This document shows positions 25,263-37,265 of a stretch of DNA of 64,000 bases, one piece after another. Each line of letters begins with the position of its first letter. Position 1 is the stretch's first letter. Where the stretch lies: contig SMSO01000031.1 of NCBI GenBank assembly GCA_004764695.1, positions 7,422,761-7,486,760 on the forward strand, read 5' to 3'. This stretch comes from Schizochytrium sp. TIO01 (taxonomy: Eukaryota > Protista > Bigyra: Labyrinthulomycetes). The notes beneath the pieces were generated by a model. It was given only the letters and a program-made list of their open reading frames with translations. It was not told the DNA's origin and made no database searches. The translations under genes were made by a program, and so were the position numbers.

Positions 25263-28200
25263 ATGGCGCAACCAGCTACTTTGGGACGCTCTCGAGAACG
25301 ATGTTCCGTTGAATTGACTCGTGGAAGTGAGAATGAGACGCACCGGAAACACGTAAACTCAAGTTGGGACGATGAGCGTCTCGAAGAAAGCCCACGCAGC
25401 TACTCAAGCAGCGGACGAAGCTGTGCGAGTGTATACAGCGAGCAAAGATCAAAAGAAAACCGACCTCCCAATGTGGATACTTTCGGGATTGCTAGAGGCC
25501 GCTGCAGGTGTGGCAGATGCCAGAGTTTCCAACGTGTTGGGCCAAAAAACTTAGGGTGCGGCACTTGCGCTTGCAAAAGCAACCAGCATCGACGAATAAA
25601 CTATTTTCAAAAGCCGCCTTCGCTTGCAAACAAAAATTCACCAAGATTTCAGGCTTTAGCACCGACGCCACCACTCGAAAACAAAGTCAAGCCTACCAAA
25701 ATAAGTGCAGTGAACGTGCATGTCCCTGCTCAAAAACCAAACCAAGGGTTATTTGAGACAGCACAAATCAAATTGACCCAGGAGGAACTTCATCATATCG
25801 CAAATTCCATATCAGAAAATTCTTTAATCAAAGAGAAGTACGGTCAATCTGTGCATGAGGTGAATAAGAAGACAAACAACGGGAAATCCAATGCATCTCC
25901 GAATAAATCTGAAGGATCCGTTAACATCAATGATTTGAAGGGTTCAAATCATATTAACAGCTTACCAGTATTTAAAGACAAGACTGAAATATCTGATATC
26001 CCTGAAAGCCCGCCTGCGAAACCACAAAATAAACAAACCAAGTCTACTAAAATCCATACTTCAGCTTCTTTACCTGAAGCGAAATTACCCGAGCGTAAGT
26101 TTCCTGTTCATAAGGTAGCACCTTTTCAGACAAACTCGTTACCTGAATCAGCGTTGTCTGCTAGATTTCCTGAAAAGGAGGGTGATATTTCGCATAATTT
26201 AAGTGTACAAAGCCCTTCGCAACAGAGCTCTTCAGCTGATGCACTTCAAAAAGCAGAACAAAACGCTACAGTAAAGGGATTACAAGCACCTGCAGAGAAG
26301 CATCAGAAAGAAGAAAAGAAGATATTTAAAGAAAAGGAACAAAAAGTCACAAAGCAAGATCTGGAAGAAGCGAAACCAAAGACTTCGGAAAGGGAATCAA
26401 AATTTTCTATCAAACAAGATCTGAAAGGTGCAAGGCCAAAGGCGGTAGGTAAAGAATCAGAATCCTCTTCAGAAGAAGATTTGACAAAAGCAAAGCGAAA
26501 GGCAGTAGAAAAAAATCAAGTACTTCTAAAGGGCAAATTGCCCAAGAATTTTCACTGGATGAGCAAGACAGCTTGAGGCAACATGATAAACATTCTACAG
26601 CGAACTCTAAATCGAATATAGCGCCTCCGATATCTGAACCAGCAAGACGATCTGTCACAAAGAAAGAGGCTGGAAAAGATAAAAGATTTCAAGTTAATCG
26701 AGTGGGTGAAGCTTCCAAAGCGAAAAAAGAAACTCAAAGCTCCACCAATTCCGAAAGGGAAGATACCTCCACCACATTGCCCAAGCCAAGGCCCCAACCT
26801 TTCTCTAAAGAAAAAGAAAACGCGTCACAGTCTAATAATGACGACTCTGCATCACATCTATCAGCAACAAAAAAAGACAAAACTGAGCAAAATGAACTTA
26901 GTGAAGCTCATATAGAGCTGAAGAAGCGCATTGAGGCTTGGAGAAAGCGTTTTCAGTTTGCCTTGTACAATGTCGAGTTCCAAAAGTGTAGTGATTTGTG
27001 TGACGAGTTCTTACACGAAATGAAAGAGGAGACTATGGAGTGGCGTTTGCCGATAACGATACAGCGTGCACAGGTGTACTTAAAATGGAGTGAAGGGGCA
27101 GAGTCTGGGAAAATTCGTCGCTCTCGCATAAAATGTGCAAAACTTGACTGCGCAGCAGTGTCAGAGGAGCTTCTTCAATCGAAGTTTGAGCCTAATCATG
27201 ATGCTCTAGATGGCCTCGTCATCACCATGCAAGCTCAGATTGACTTGTTCAATGGGCACTTCAGCAACGCAAAGAGGCTTTTGACCAAAGCTATCGAGTC
27301 CATGAAGAAAGATACGACTCTTTTGGTTTTATGGGGCCTTGACTTTGTTACTCTCGCAGAGAAACTTACACAAGAAGTCTCAAAAGCTTCACATCTTCAA
27401 ACACAAGCAGAAGACGCTCTACGGGATCATAAACCGCTCAGATGTCTTAGACATTTGGACAACCTGCTCCAAATAAGTCCAACAGCAGTTCGCGCTCTCT
27501 CCCTAAAAGCTGAGGCATTTATGGGTGCCAAGCGCTGGAACGATGCTGTTGACTATTGCAACAAAGTTAAAATCAGCCTTGATACAGGAGTTGATCGAAG
27601 GCTTTGCGCAAACCTTGCTATCACGGAAGCTCAATGCAAGTTTGAAATGAATAACCTAGATGAAGCGGTGGATACTCTTGGCAAAGTAGATCCTATATTC
27701 CTAGATGGTACTATCCGCGCTCGACTCAAGCTCTGGCAGCGCATGCAAGAGACAAAGCGAAGAGGCAATGATGCATTCAAAGCCGGAAAGTATGCAGAGG
27801 CTATTGAACACTACAATACAGGTCTCACACTTAGCAATACAAGCAAAATTTACAATGCAGTATTGCATAGCAATCGTGCAGCTTCGTACATTTGTCAGAA
27901 AAAGTATAAACTTGCTCTCAACGATTGCGATGCTGCTCTGCGCCTTGACCCGCACTTTACAAAAGCTCTTTTACGTCGTGCCCGAGCTGGGGCTCAGCTA
28001 CAAGCTGTGCAGTACTTGAGCCGTTCAAAGGTTGACTATGAGAAGCTCTTCAGGAAGGATGCCAGTTTGCAAGTATCATGTAAACAGGAGTTTGCAGAAC
28101 TCAACATTAAACTAGATGCTGCTAAGCTTGCAGAAGAGAACGCTCGTAAGGCGAGATGGGAGAAGATGCCATCACAATCTCGACCCCAATCGAGTGCATC

Positions 28201-28811
28201 TGCAAGTAATTCTTCTGGAGTAGGAGGACTCAACGGTGGAGCAAGCACATCGTCCACAGGAAGTAAGCGGTCTACAACTAGAGGCCCTTCTGTTTCATCA
28301 CGTCCATCATCCGCAAAACCAAAGAGCTGGAAGGAGAGGCAAGATGACTTTTTCCAAGAGTGGTACACTAAACAGAAAACCTCGTCTGGGACCTCTCGAC
28401 CACCATATAACGGATTTAAGTCCTTCAGGTAAGTCATCTTCCCATGGGAGAACATCTTCTACATCGTCTGGGAGCTCCCGTCCGAGAAGTGCTGCAGGGG
28501 GATCTCGGACATGGGGAGGAGGGAGCTTTGGGTCTGGAAATGTAACAGAGTGGCTTGACGCAAACGGGAAGGTCAAGAATTTCTACCAAATCCTTGGTCT
28601 TGCTCGCCAAGCTAATGTTGATCGATCTGCAATCAAGAAAGCTTATCATAAATTAGCACTGCAGCATCATCCAGATAAGACACAAGATATGCCAGTTCTT
28701 CAGCGCCAACAAAGTGAGACAATTTTCAAGCGTGCCGCTGAAGCATATGCGGTTCTCGGCAAGGATGATGTGCGGGAGCAGTACGATAGATTTTATCGTT
28801 GCATTGGCTAA
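25263..28811 (+). CDS. TPR-repeat/DnaJ-domain co-chaperone (DNAJC7-like) with a long N-terminal extension; two frame breaks (~26512, ~28425)
   Basis: ORFs 25263-26576, 26573-28432 and 28236-28811 join into one protein. TPR motifs KRRGNDAFKAGKYAEAIEHY, LHSNRAASY and KALLRRARA; C-terminal J domain NFYQILG...IKKAYHKLALQHHPDK...AEAYAVL...REQYD. Confidence 0.85.
26348..26527 (+). repeat. Three-copy 60-bp (20-aa) coding tandem repeat
   Basis: TKQDLEEAKPKTSERESKFS / IKQDLKGARPKAVGKESESS / SEEDLTKAKRKAVEKKSSTS; the third unit is restored by adding one A to the run at 26509-26515. Confidence 0.8.
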
Positions 28812-28975
28812 ATAGTCGAACAGGGACCAGAAGATTTCTTAATCAAGTTACTGAATTTCTTCTTCAGCAATCTTCAAATGTGTGCATTACGTTGGCAGTT
28901 CATGATAAATCACTTTTAATATAACAAATGATATGAACATGTATCAAAACCGTAATCTTTGCTTGTCATTGTCTC

Positions 28976-30571
28976 TTACGCAGAGATCGCCTTAAAATGC
29001 TCTTCGATTTGATCTTTGACATTCTTAAGGGCCTTGGTAGAAAGTGATCCTTGGGGAATTTTTCCTTGAAAGCGCTGGCCTTTTCCACCACCTTTTGCGT
29101 TAAGTAATTCAATTGCTAGCTTATTCACTTCATCGAGACCACTCTTTGTACCAGTAAGAAGAAAAGCACCAGCACCTCCGCCACGCAAGGTCTCATCGCC
29201 AATGGTAAGAAAGATGCACACGTCCCGTTTTTCAGTGTTTGCAGCAGTGATTGACTTAACCAAGGTGTCCATAAACTGCGGGGTACCTTCTTTGCGGTGA
29301 TATACAATAAGCCCAGAATCATCAGCTGAAGCCAAGAGCTGAGGACCCAGGGCTTGGGCAAAGTCAGTCAGCAGAGACTTCATTTCGCTTTGCATTTTTT
29401 TCGCAGATGCTTGGAGCTGATTGACCCGTTCTACTTGGTCATCACCGCCTACACCCAGTGCAGCAGTAAGAGCGTTAGAGCGGGAGGCGAGCTCATCAGT
29501 AAACTGAAGGAGACGAGGACCTGCAACAAATTGCAAACGGTTGAACTCAACATCTTTCTTTTTTTGAAAATCGTTCTTGAGCAATTTGATGGCTTGGAGT
29601 TCAGACATGTTCTTCACATGCGTGCCGCAACACATGTTATCATCAAGACCTGCGATCGTCACAACACGAACAGGAAAGTCATTCGGGGGGCGCTCTTTGA
29701 AGCGAATGTCGTCTTCCATTGAGTCCATTTGCTCGCTGGTGTAAGTTCGAACGGTGACACTGTGATCTGCGAGAATCGCAGCGTTGACATCGCGCTCAAG
29801 CTGATCAATTTGTTCCTGAGTCAGTTTGGGGCCCATAAGGTCGAGGTAACAGGGCTGGGGCGCCTTGGAGAGATTCCAGCTACCGGTATCGTAGCCGATG
29901 GAGCGTAATGCGACTGCAGTGATGAGGTGCTGTCCGGAATGCTGTGCCATGTGATCAAGACGACGCTCCCAATCTACGCGAGCAGTGAGTTTAGTCCCTA
30001 CAGGAAGGTCATGATCTACTGTATGCCACACGCTGCCATCTCCATCGCGCTCCACGAAGCTTACGGTTGCTTGAGGAACATCCTCACTCTCTGGAATAAG
30101 CACGCCTGTATCAGCAGGCTGGCCTCCACCCTCTGCAAAAAGCACAGTGTCACTCAGCTGGACAAGAAAGGCTGAGTCATCACCCTCTTTAATTCTGCAT
30201 TGCACAACTTCAACATCTTGAAGTTCACGCAGGTGGCTTCGAATTGCAAATCATTTTATACACGCTTCATGGTTAGTAAATGTTGATGATCTCCAAATAT
30301 AGACCGTAGTCACGAACTGTCTTACATCTCAAGCATACATGAAACACAGATCCTGTGATTACCTTTCCTCAATCTGAGACAGCTAACATAATCCAGAAAT
30401 TGCTAGCAATGCTGGCGTTGCCACAGACCGACGGGTACTTGAGAAAAGACTTCCTAGAATGAGCGAACGGGCTTCTCGCGTCATCTCCATCCTTGACAGT
30501 CCTGGTCGGAGAGACTCTAAAACTCACCTATCTTGCTGACACGCCAGAATGTACGGAGGTGTTGGTGCCAT
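28976..30571 (-). CDS. AARSD1: Alanyl-tRNA editing protein (AlaX-L/AARSD1); exons 30571-30528 and 30236-28976; possible upstream in-frame ATG at 30784
   Basis: Motifs DTVLFAEGGGQPADTG, VDWERRLDHMAQHSGQH (HxxxH), CCGTH (CxxxH) and C-Ala KGGGK. The intron GTGAGT(30527)...GAAG(30237) gives ACQQDSHLREL, which matches the AARSD1 N-terminal CQRDSY-RE pattern. Confidence 0.9.
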
Positions 30572-31309
30572 GGTGTTCTCAAAGCTGCTCAGCTTGCTTG
30601 GCACAATCGTTTTTGCTGTTGTTATCTGCTCGTTCAAGAAGGCGTCTTTCGACAGGAGTGCACAAGTTGCCCCCTTCCTGGGCAAAACTATTAAGGTTTT
30701 GTTTGCCAAGGAGAGCCCTATCTTCTCCGAGCAGCGGACTGCTCTGCTTTGGAAGAGACTTGCTTCGAGAAGTCTCGCGAGCATCCTAGCTTGTCAACAA
30801 CGTGTGCTGGTTGCGAGGATGCAAAGTTTCGTTTGTTCTCGACCAAAGCATGTTGACGGTACAATACAAAGGTAGTATAGAGCACAAGAGAATCCCCGCC
30901 TCCGAGCAAAGTTCTTGACGTGTTACTTTACCTGACCATGCCAAGTGACTACAAAGTGACGTACGGTAGTAAGGAAGACTATAACAAACGGGAGTGAGTA
31001 AGGTGTAAGAGAGGGGATACAAAACAAAATTAAGGTTATGACGGCTTTGGCTACTCTTCGAGAAGGCATTCATACATCAATGTTCTTACTCAATGGGTTG
31101 GTGACAGCTTGAGATTGCGGGAAGACGATTGCGAGGCCAGACGTGCGAAGAGCATGATTTTGCTCTAATTGTAAAAATTAAATATTTATGTCTCTAGTCA
31201 TTTTGGTGAAGTGTAGGGTACACGTGAAATCATCTCTTCTTTTCAAGTCGCTCGCTTTTAGGTTCATGCTATGAAGGAAGGTGGCATGGTGTAATAGTGT
31301 TTGTGCATC

Positions 31310-32059
31310 TTATTGATAACGAGATGCCCCACGACCTGAGGAAGGTACGATAGTAGACGATGATTTTGCTCGTGTAAGTCGAGATTGCATAATTTTTTCG
31401 CAAGCCCCAACATCAAAGTCAATGCGCTCAGGACGTCGAAAGTTTCGACAGGTTTCAGTGCATCGATGATTTGCAAAGAACGACTGCATACCAATGCTAG
31501 CCAAATCTAGATCACCGAATGAACCCCGTCGAGAATGAACAGCTGGGTCAGTAAGAATATATCCCTTTTTAATTTTCACGCCTTGCAAATCAACAACCAT
31601 GCGATTTCCTTTTGTTTCATGGTATGTCCAGTGTACAAATATAGCAAGTGCGATATGATCAGGTGCAAATGTGCCGTTGTTGGAAATGTACTTTTCATAG
31701 CGAGCCCCACTAAGCTCTGGTTCTACTGTAATAGCTTCACCGACTTGGATGCCGCTGCATGGTCTCGAGGAAGTCACATGGGCGCGCTTCGGCACAAGAA
31801 ATTCGATTTTTGGGGCCCCCGGCAATTTTAGAGAGTTAAATTTTCTCGCAAGTTTATGAGCAATACGATGGGCCTCAAGATCCTTGACAATATCTTGGTG
31901 ACTTCTCCATTTCTCCGCATACAGTTTGACGACCACGCGCTTCATGGAAGTCTGGTCTACGCCTCGGTATGCATGTTTATACTGTCCACTCGAGAATTTA
32001 GTATTTTCAATAGCTACTATTGTATTCTCTTCGTCGAGCTTACACAAATTGGTCCCCAT
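31310..32059 (-). CDS. Stand-alone alpha-kinase (eEF2K/MHCK family) domain protein
   Basis: Motifs FSSGQYKHAY, VVVK, YEKYISNNG, FVHWTY, VVDLQG, LTDPAVH, FGDLDL and FFANHRC..C (zinc ligands). Confidence 0.9.
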   Translation of the reverse strand: MGTNLCKLDEENTIVAIENTKFSSGQYKHAYRGVDQTSMKRVVVKLYAEKWRSHQDIVKDLEAHRIAHKLARKFNSLKLPGAPKIEFLVPKRAHVTSSRPCSGIQVGEAITVEPELSGARYEKYISNNGTFAPDHIALAIFVHWTYHETKGNRMVVDLQGVKIKKGYILTDPAVHSRRGSFGDLDLASIGMQSFFANHRCTETCRNFRRPERIDFDVGACEKIMQSRLTRAKSSSTIVPSSGRGASRYQ

Positions 32060-33871
32060 CCATGCCTTTTGTGGATGATGATCAGTGACCAGAAATCCCT
32101 GTCCTCATTCAATAATCTATGCGTAAATCAGCCTGGCTCGGACGTCTTAACAGTTTCAAAGACTACCTATGCACTGAAGTTTCTGTGCTTTCCCAGCACT
32201 TGCAGCGGTGTATATTGGACGATGTGCAAGATACTAAGATAGGCAGAGGAAAATTTGCAAATTTTAGACTTTGATAACACAGTCGCTACTCAAGCACCAA
32301 GCTCACTATTCGACTCTTCTTAATTTCTCAGGCCAACTGTTTCTCACGCAACAAAACCTTGCGAAAGGGCGTCAACAGTCAAGCGACTTAGATTTTCTCG
32401 TATACAGCGGACTCTTCACACTGTTTCGAGCGTACGTCCGTAGCCGCAAAGTCGTGATTTTGGCGCTGTGAGCCAGTTGTTCTGTCGTAAATTCCCTGCA
32501 GGTACGACAATTAGCGCACGAGACAAGTAGATCAGGCCGCCCCTCGCCTTCCTCAAGTCGAAATTATTCCAACACAACTCCTGTCCGGCTCAGGTCAGGA
32601 GTGGAAGGACGGACGAGCGACAATTTTTGATTGTCCTGCAATTTCAACTTCTGCTTCAATTAAGGAGCTGGCCAGGCCCAATTTCAAGGCCAAACTTAAA
32701 GAGAGAGCTCAATTTAAGCTCCTCGCACGACGACGACGACCCACCAAGTCACCCTTGTTTGGACCAGTGAACGGGACTATTTCCCATCAAGTGCTCGAGA
32801 CCTCTACCGTTGTTATCTCCAAAGTGAGCCAACGAATCGCCACACTCATTGAATGTGCACATTGAGATGCACGCACCTTAAGATGTCGGCGTTCTCAGTT
32901 GGCTTGTGCACACTGTCTTTCAGACTGCAGACTTTCCTACTCTTGCAATCATCTTTCTTTGAGTGGATGGCGACAACTCGAGCACCTGAGGGATCGCATT
33001 CAGGCAGACTCAAGGTGCTTAGCTCGTGCCATACACGCGGGTTTGGAATTCTCACAAGATGTCAGTTTTTACAATCTGTCGCTTGCTTTTGTGGTACATT
33101 TTGTGAGCATTGTCGTTTCTAATTTATTCCTTTAAGTTGTTGAAATACCTAAATCCCTACGCCTGAATAGATTTGACTATAGTTTATAATAGGTGCTAAC
33201 CTCATAGCAGCCCTTCATAGGACTGGGCACTGTTTTGTAAATTAAATAAAATTAGAAGGCACCTATCTTGAATAAATAAGCAAGAATTCATGGAAACCAC
33301 GATCCTTGGTCGTCTTAAGGGCCCACGTTTGTCCCTGGTGCAAGCAGAGGCTTTGTTTGCTAATAGTTTTGTTTGTTTGTTGGTTTGTTTGTCGAAACTT
33401 TAGTTTACGATATTCTTTCGCATGAAAAAAAATAAAAAATAAGAGAGAAAGAAATAGTTCTTCTCGTGTAGACTTCAACAGTTTTGGTGAGTAGAGAATC
33501 TCGGTTCCATGCCCATAAGCGCCGAGATCGCAAGAGACCCTCAATTCCGCTCTAAGTAGTTGGCAGCTTACTCCTCAAAATCTACCTGTTGAGCGTTGCC
33601 ACTCACGATGGCTGGCGTAACAGCTGCTGTCAGTCAGCGATGCCACGCCTGGCCAGTGATCGGCCCACAGAGAGATTTAGCGCCCGAATGACCGGCCCTG
33701 AGCTGACTCTGCGTTGTTTTTCTCGTATCAAACATCTCAGAGACATAGAATCGACATTGCCAATGTTATATGAGATGTTCCCCGCAGATCCCGGCTGAAC
33801 CTAGAGCAAGGGGTAGTGCAAGCCTCGTATTCATGCGTCATGCGCAAACCAGCGGTGCGTCCAGTGAGCCA

Positions 33872-33931
33872 AACAAAGCAACAAAGTAACAAACGAACAA
33901 ACAAACAAACAAACAAACAAATAAACAAACA
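33872..33931. repeat. Imperfect (CAAA)n microsatellite
   Basis: Direct reading. Confidence 0.85.
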
Positions 33932-34720
33932 ATCCGCAAGAACAAATTCGAGAGCAACGGCGAACTTGAGGTGCCATATGAAATCAATGAATGAATGAAT
34001 CAACAGAGAGAGGTCAACTCAAGGACCTGCGACCTGTATCGCATTGCAAACTTCTTCTCTGCAAAACCTTCTACCAACCGCTTCTTTAGTGTATCCACAG
34101 AGATCTATGGATCTTGTGTAAACACTGAACGATCCAAGACGAGACCAGGTCTTCTCGCCTCACCGACATTTAGCGAACTCTGCAGAAAAGCACTGGCCAA
34201 AGACGACAGTGCTGGGTCTGATTTGCAAGCAAGTTAGTGAGTGCCTGCCTGGTCGCACAATTACACCAAAGCTCCACGGAGATGTCTGTGTCGTGGCGCT
34301 GGAGATTTCCAGCCAGCCAGCCAGCCAACCAGCAGCTTCAAGTTCGCCAACGTGAACGCAAAGGTCCTTCACAACTTAATCATGGCGAATCGCTCGCGAT
34401 TGGACTAAAACGGCAGCATCAGTGAGCTCGCTGTTTGCTTCCATCTAAAGTAATGCAGTCTAACCCGATGCCAATGCTGCAAATGAAGGCTCATTCGCCC
34501 GTGCATTCGATCAACCTGCAATCTCAAAAAGGTCGATAGGCCTTGGCTTCTTGCGCAAGTGGGCTGGTTGTTGATTGATTGCACTGCGCATGAAGAACTT
34601 GCCTGAGAAGACTTCGTCGGAACCTGTTGTCCAAAACTTTTTGTGTGTAATACATTCCCGGAGAAACTTTTAGTTCTTAGTTTTGGGGATTAAAAATTGT
34701 TGTAAAAATGCTTTTTATTT

Positions 34721-34883
34721 ATTTGTTTGTTTGTTTGTTTGTTTGTTTGTTTGTTTGTTTGTTTGTTTGTTTGTTTGTTTGTTTGTTTGTTTGTTTGTTT
34801 GTTTGTTTGTTTGTTTGTTTGTTTGTTTGTTTGTTTGTTTGTTTGTTTGTTTGTTTGTTTGTTTGTTTGTTTGTTTGTTTGTT
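34721..34883. repeat. Long perfect (GTTT)n microsatellite, about 40 units
   Basis: Direct reading. Confidence 0.98.
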
Positions 34884-35846
34884 ATTTAGTTAGTAGGTAG
34901 TATCATATACATAGCAGGTACCTACCTACCCAGGATGAATAAAGTAAATCAAAATGCTTGCAAGTTGACGAGAATGACCTCTATACTGACCTCCATGCGG
35001 GAGATACCTCCAGAACCTCTCGGTGAGTGGAGACCTGCCTTCAAAAGGGCTGGCACGAGCTGCAAATGTATCATAGTCCGCGAGCCTTTGCTGCTTCAAG
35101 TTGTTCGCATTTTTAATCATGCTTCTGTTATAATTAAAATCATTAACAAAATAAAAGCAAAAGAGAGATTGAATGAAAAAAAGAAAAGTAAAGTGTATTT
35201 ACCTTGTTTCTTCTTGATTAGCTCGTGTTCAAGCCACTTTAGATAGCTGCTGGCTGAGATATGTTGCTATTGCTTCAAGTCGGTAACATTGGTGAGCCCG
35301 CTGTCCTCTCCGTTGCTCTTTGGCACAACTCGGCGCTAATGTCCAGATCGATATCCTGTATCATCACTAGTCTTATATTCCGTTTCTTCCTGTGAATGAA
35401 GAATTAAACAAACAGCTTTTGCAAGCGAAATTAACAAACTCCTCTATATTCCATTTTCTATCAACCCTATAACCTATAACCTTTGGTTTGTGATTTGGTG
35501 TATAGGAATGGCAACAAATATAGCCTATCTGCACAATAGTGGAGGTTTCTCACGCGCCTCACCAGTCTGGCAAAAACAGGGCCAGTGGTAGCGTATTCGC
35601 TATCGAGGGTGGTATCAGCCGTCAATAGAGTTCGTGAATCTGAATTAATGAATAAATGAATATTGCGGAAATGGACCATCTTCATCTTCATCTCACCAAG
35701 ACAGACAGCAAGAACACAAGCAAATTGGGGTCAAGAGCAAACGAAGCTCCCCTTTCAAACAGCTCTGGATAAGCCCAAGAGAGTCGAGGCGCCTAGCAGG
35801 CAAGAGCACCTCCTTGAGTATCATGCGTGAAAAGTACAACAAACAA

Positions 35847-35911
35847 GCAAAGCAAAGCAAAGCAAAGCAAAGCAAAGCAAAGCAAAGCAAAGCAAAGCAA
35901 AGCAAAGCAAA
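35847..35911. repeat. (GCAAA)n pentanucleotide microsatellite
   Basis: About 13 units, upstream of the DUF1336 gene. Confidence 0.95.
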
Positions 35912-36164
35912 ACAAAATAGAATAGGCTAAAAAATAACAAATGCCTAATAAATTGCATTCGTTCATAGTAGGTGACTTTAGTAGGTACCTGTAATAAGAA
36001 GACGGAGACAAAGAAGGCGAAGAAGCGGTCAAAGAGAGCTCAGCAAACGATCAAACGGAGTGTCTCGCGCAGCGCGGCCTCTTGCGGCGATCTGAGGACT
36101 TTGACTTGCGATTGGTTGTGTGCGGGAGACCTCTTCCGCGCCTTTCACGCTTTCCCCGTTGTCG

Positions 36165-37265
36165 ATGTCCTCGTCCGTAACCGAAAGCCCAACCGAGGCC
36201 GACGCCGCTCCCAAGGAGTCCGTCATGGCCTCTTCAGGTGCAACTGCATCTACTTCTGCTGAAAAGCCCAACCCTCTCGCAGACACCTCAGAGGACGCCA
36301 AGACCGCTTCTGAAACAGAGGTTGAGGAAACCGGCAGCGCTGGAACTGCCCAGGACGATGGTAAGACCTCAACGACATGTGATATCCATCCATGGGATAT
36401 CGGTCTGCCCAAGCCCTACGTCTTCGAAGAGCGCTTCCCCGATGGTGACGATGACGAATCCGACGACGTCAAGAACATGTACACCAACATCCCCGCAGCT
36501 AACTTTCATCTGCGAGGACCAGGTTACCTCAACCAGACCACGACAAACAACACCAAGCTCAAGATCCCGTCCAAAAGCGCAGTGTACTCGTGCATTGGTC
36601 TTAACGTCTTCACAGCTCGGTACGACCTTTCGCACGCTGCCGAGAAAGTCCAGAGCTTGAAGGAGTATCTTGCAGAGCGCTTGGTGGAGGATGCGAAACT
36701 CAAGGGCAAAGACCCGGGCCTGGAGGGCGAGGCACCGGTGTACTTAATTTACTCGTGGGTATTTAGCAACCTGTTCAAAACAGAGTACACAGCTGTGGTG
36801 CACGTGTGTCGTAGAACTATCAAAGTGGATGCCAATGGCGAGGGCGAAGACCCGGTCTTTGACAGAACCTTTTTTAAATGGCTTGATCTGCCCAGTAAGA
36901 AGAAGGATGAGAAGCTCAAGTACTGTCCAAAGTTCTCCAAGGCCAGTCCGCAGCTCCTTGGGACCATTGATAAACTCGGTGGTCAGAGACCGGTTATTAT
37001 TGGCAAGAAGCTCAACGCGTCATACTATAAAGGCGAAAACTACCTTGAAATCGACCTTGACGTGGGGTCATCCACGGTCGCCTCCATGCTTAACGGAATT
37101 GCACTTAAGTCTAGTGGCCACCTCGTTGTTGATGAAAGTGTGTGTATCGAAGCCCAGACCGAGGAAGAATTGCCGGAACGCGCTCTCTTTGCGGTCCGCT
37201 GGGACCACTGCACTATTCAAGACTGTGGAAACCGTCTAGATGATATGGGACAGGTAGTTTCATAA
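36165..37265 (+). CDS. DUF1336 / EDR2 C-terminal-domain protein
   Basis: FHLRGPGYL...KIPS, RPVIIGKK, YYKGENYLEIDLDVGSS and IEAQTEEELPERAL, preceded by a low-complexity S/T/E N-terminus. First ATG at 36165. Confidence 0.85.
   Translation: MSSSVTESPTEADAAPKESVMASSGATASTSAEKPNPLADTSEDAKTASETEVEETGSAGTAQDDGKTSTTCDIHPWDIGLPKPYVFEERFPDGDDDESDDVKNMYTNIPAANFHLRGPGYLNQTTTNNTKLKIPSKSAVYSCIGLNVFTARYDLSHAAEKVQSLKEYLAERLVEDAKLKGKDPGLEGEAPVYLIYSWVFSNLFKTEYTAVVHVCRRTIKVDANGEGEDPVFDRTFFKWLDLPSKKKDEKLKYCPKFSKASPQLLGTIDKLGGQRPVIIGKKLNASYYKGENYLEIDLDVGSSTVASMLNGIALKSSGHLVVDESVCIEAQTEEELPERALFAVRWDHCTIQDCGNRLDDMGQVVS

Noticed and set aside
30534-30800. Peptide ILACQQ encoded on both the minus strand (30551-30534) and the plus strand (30783-30800)
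   Set aside because: Only 6 codons, with no extension of similarity on either side; treated as coincidence.
32577-32640. Hairpin plus AATTTTTGA Sm-site-like sequence
   Set aside because: No U2, U4 or U5 signature sequence nearby.
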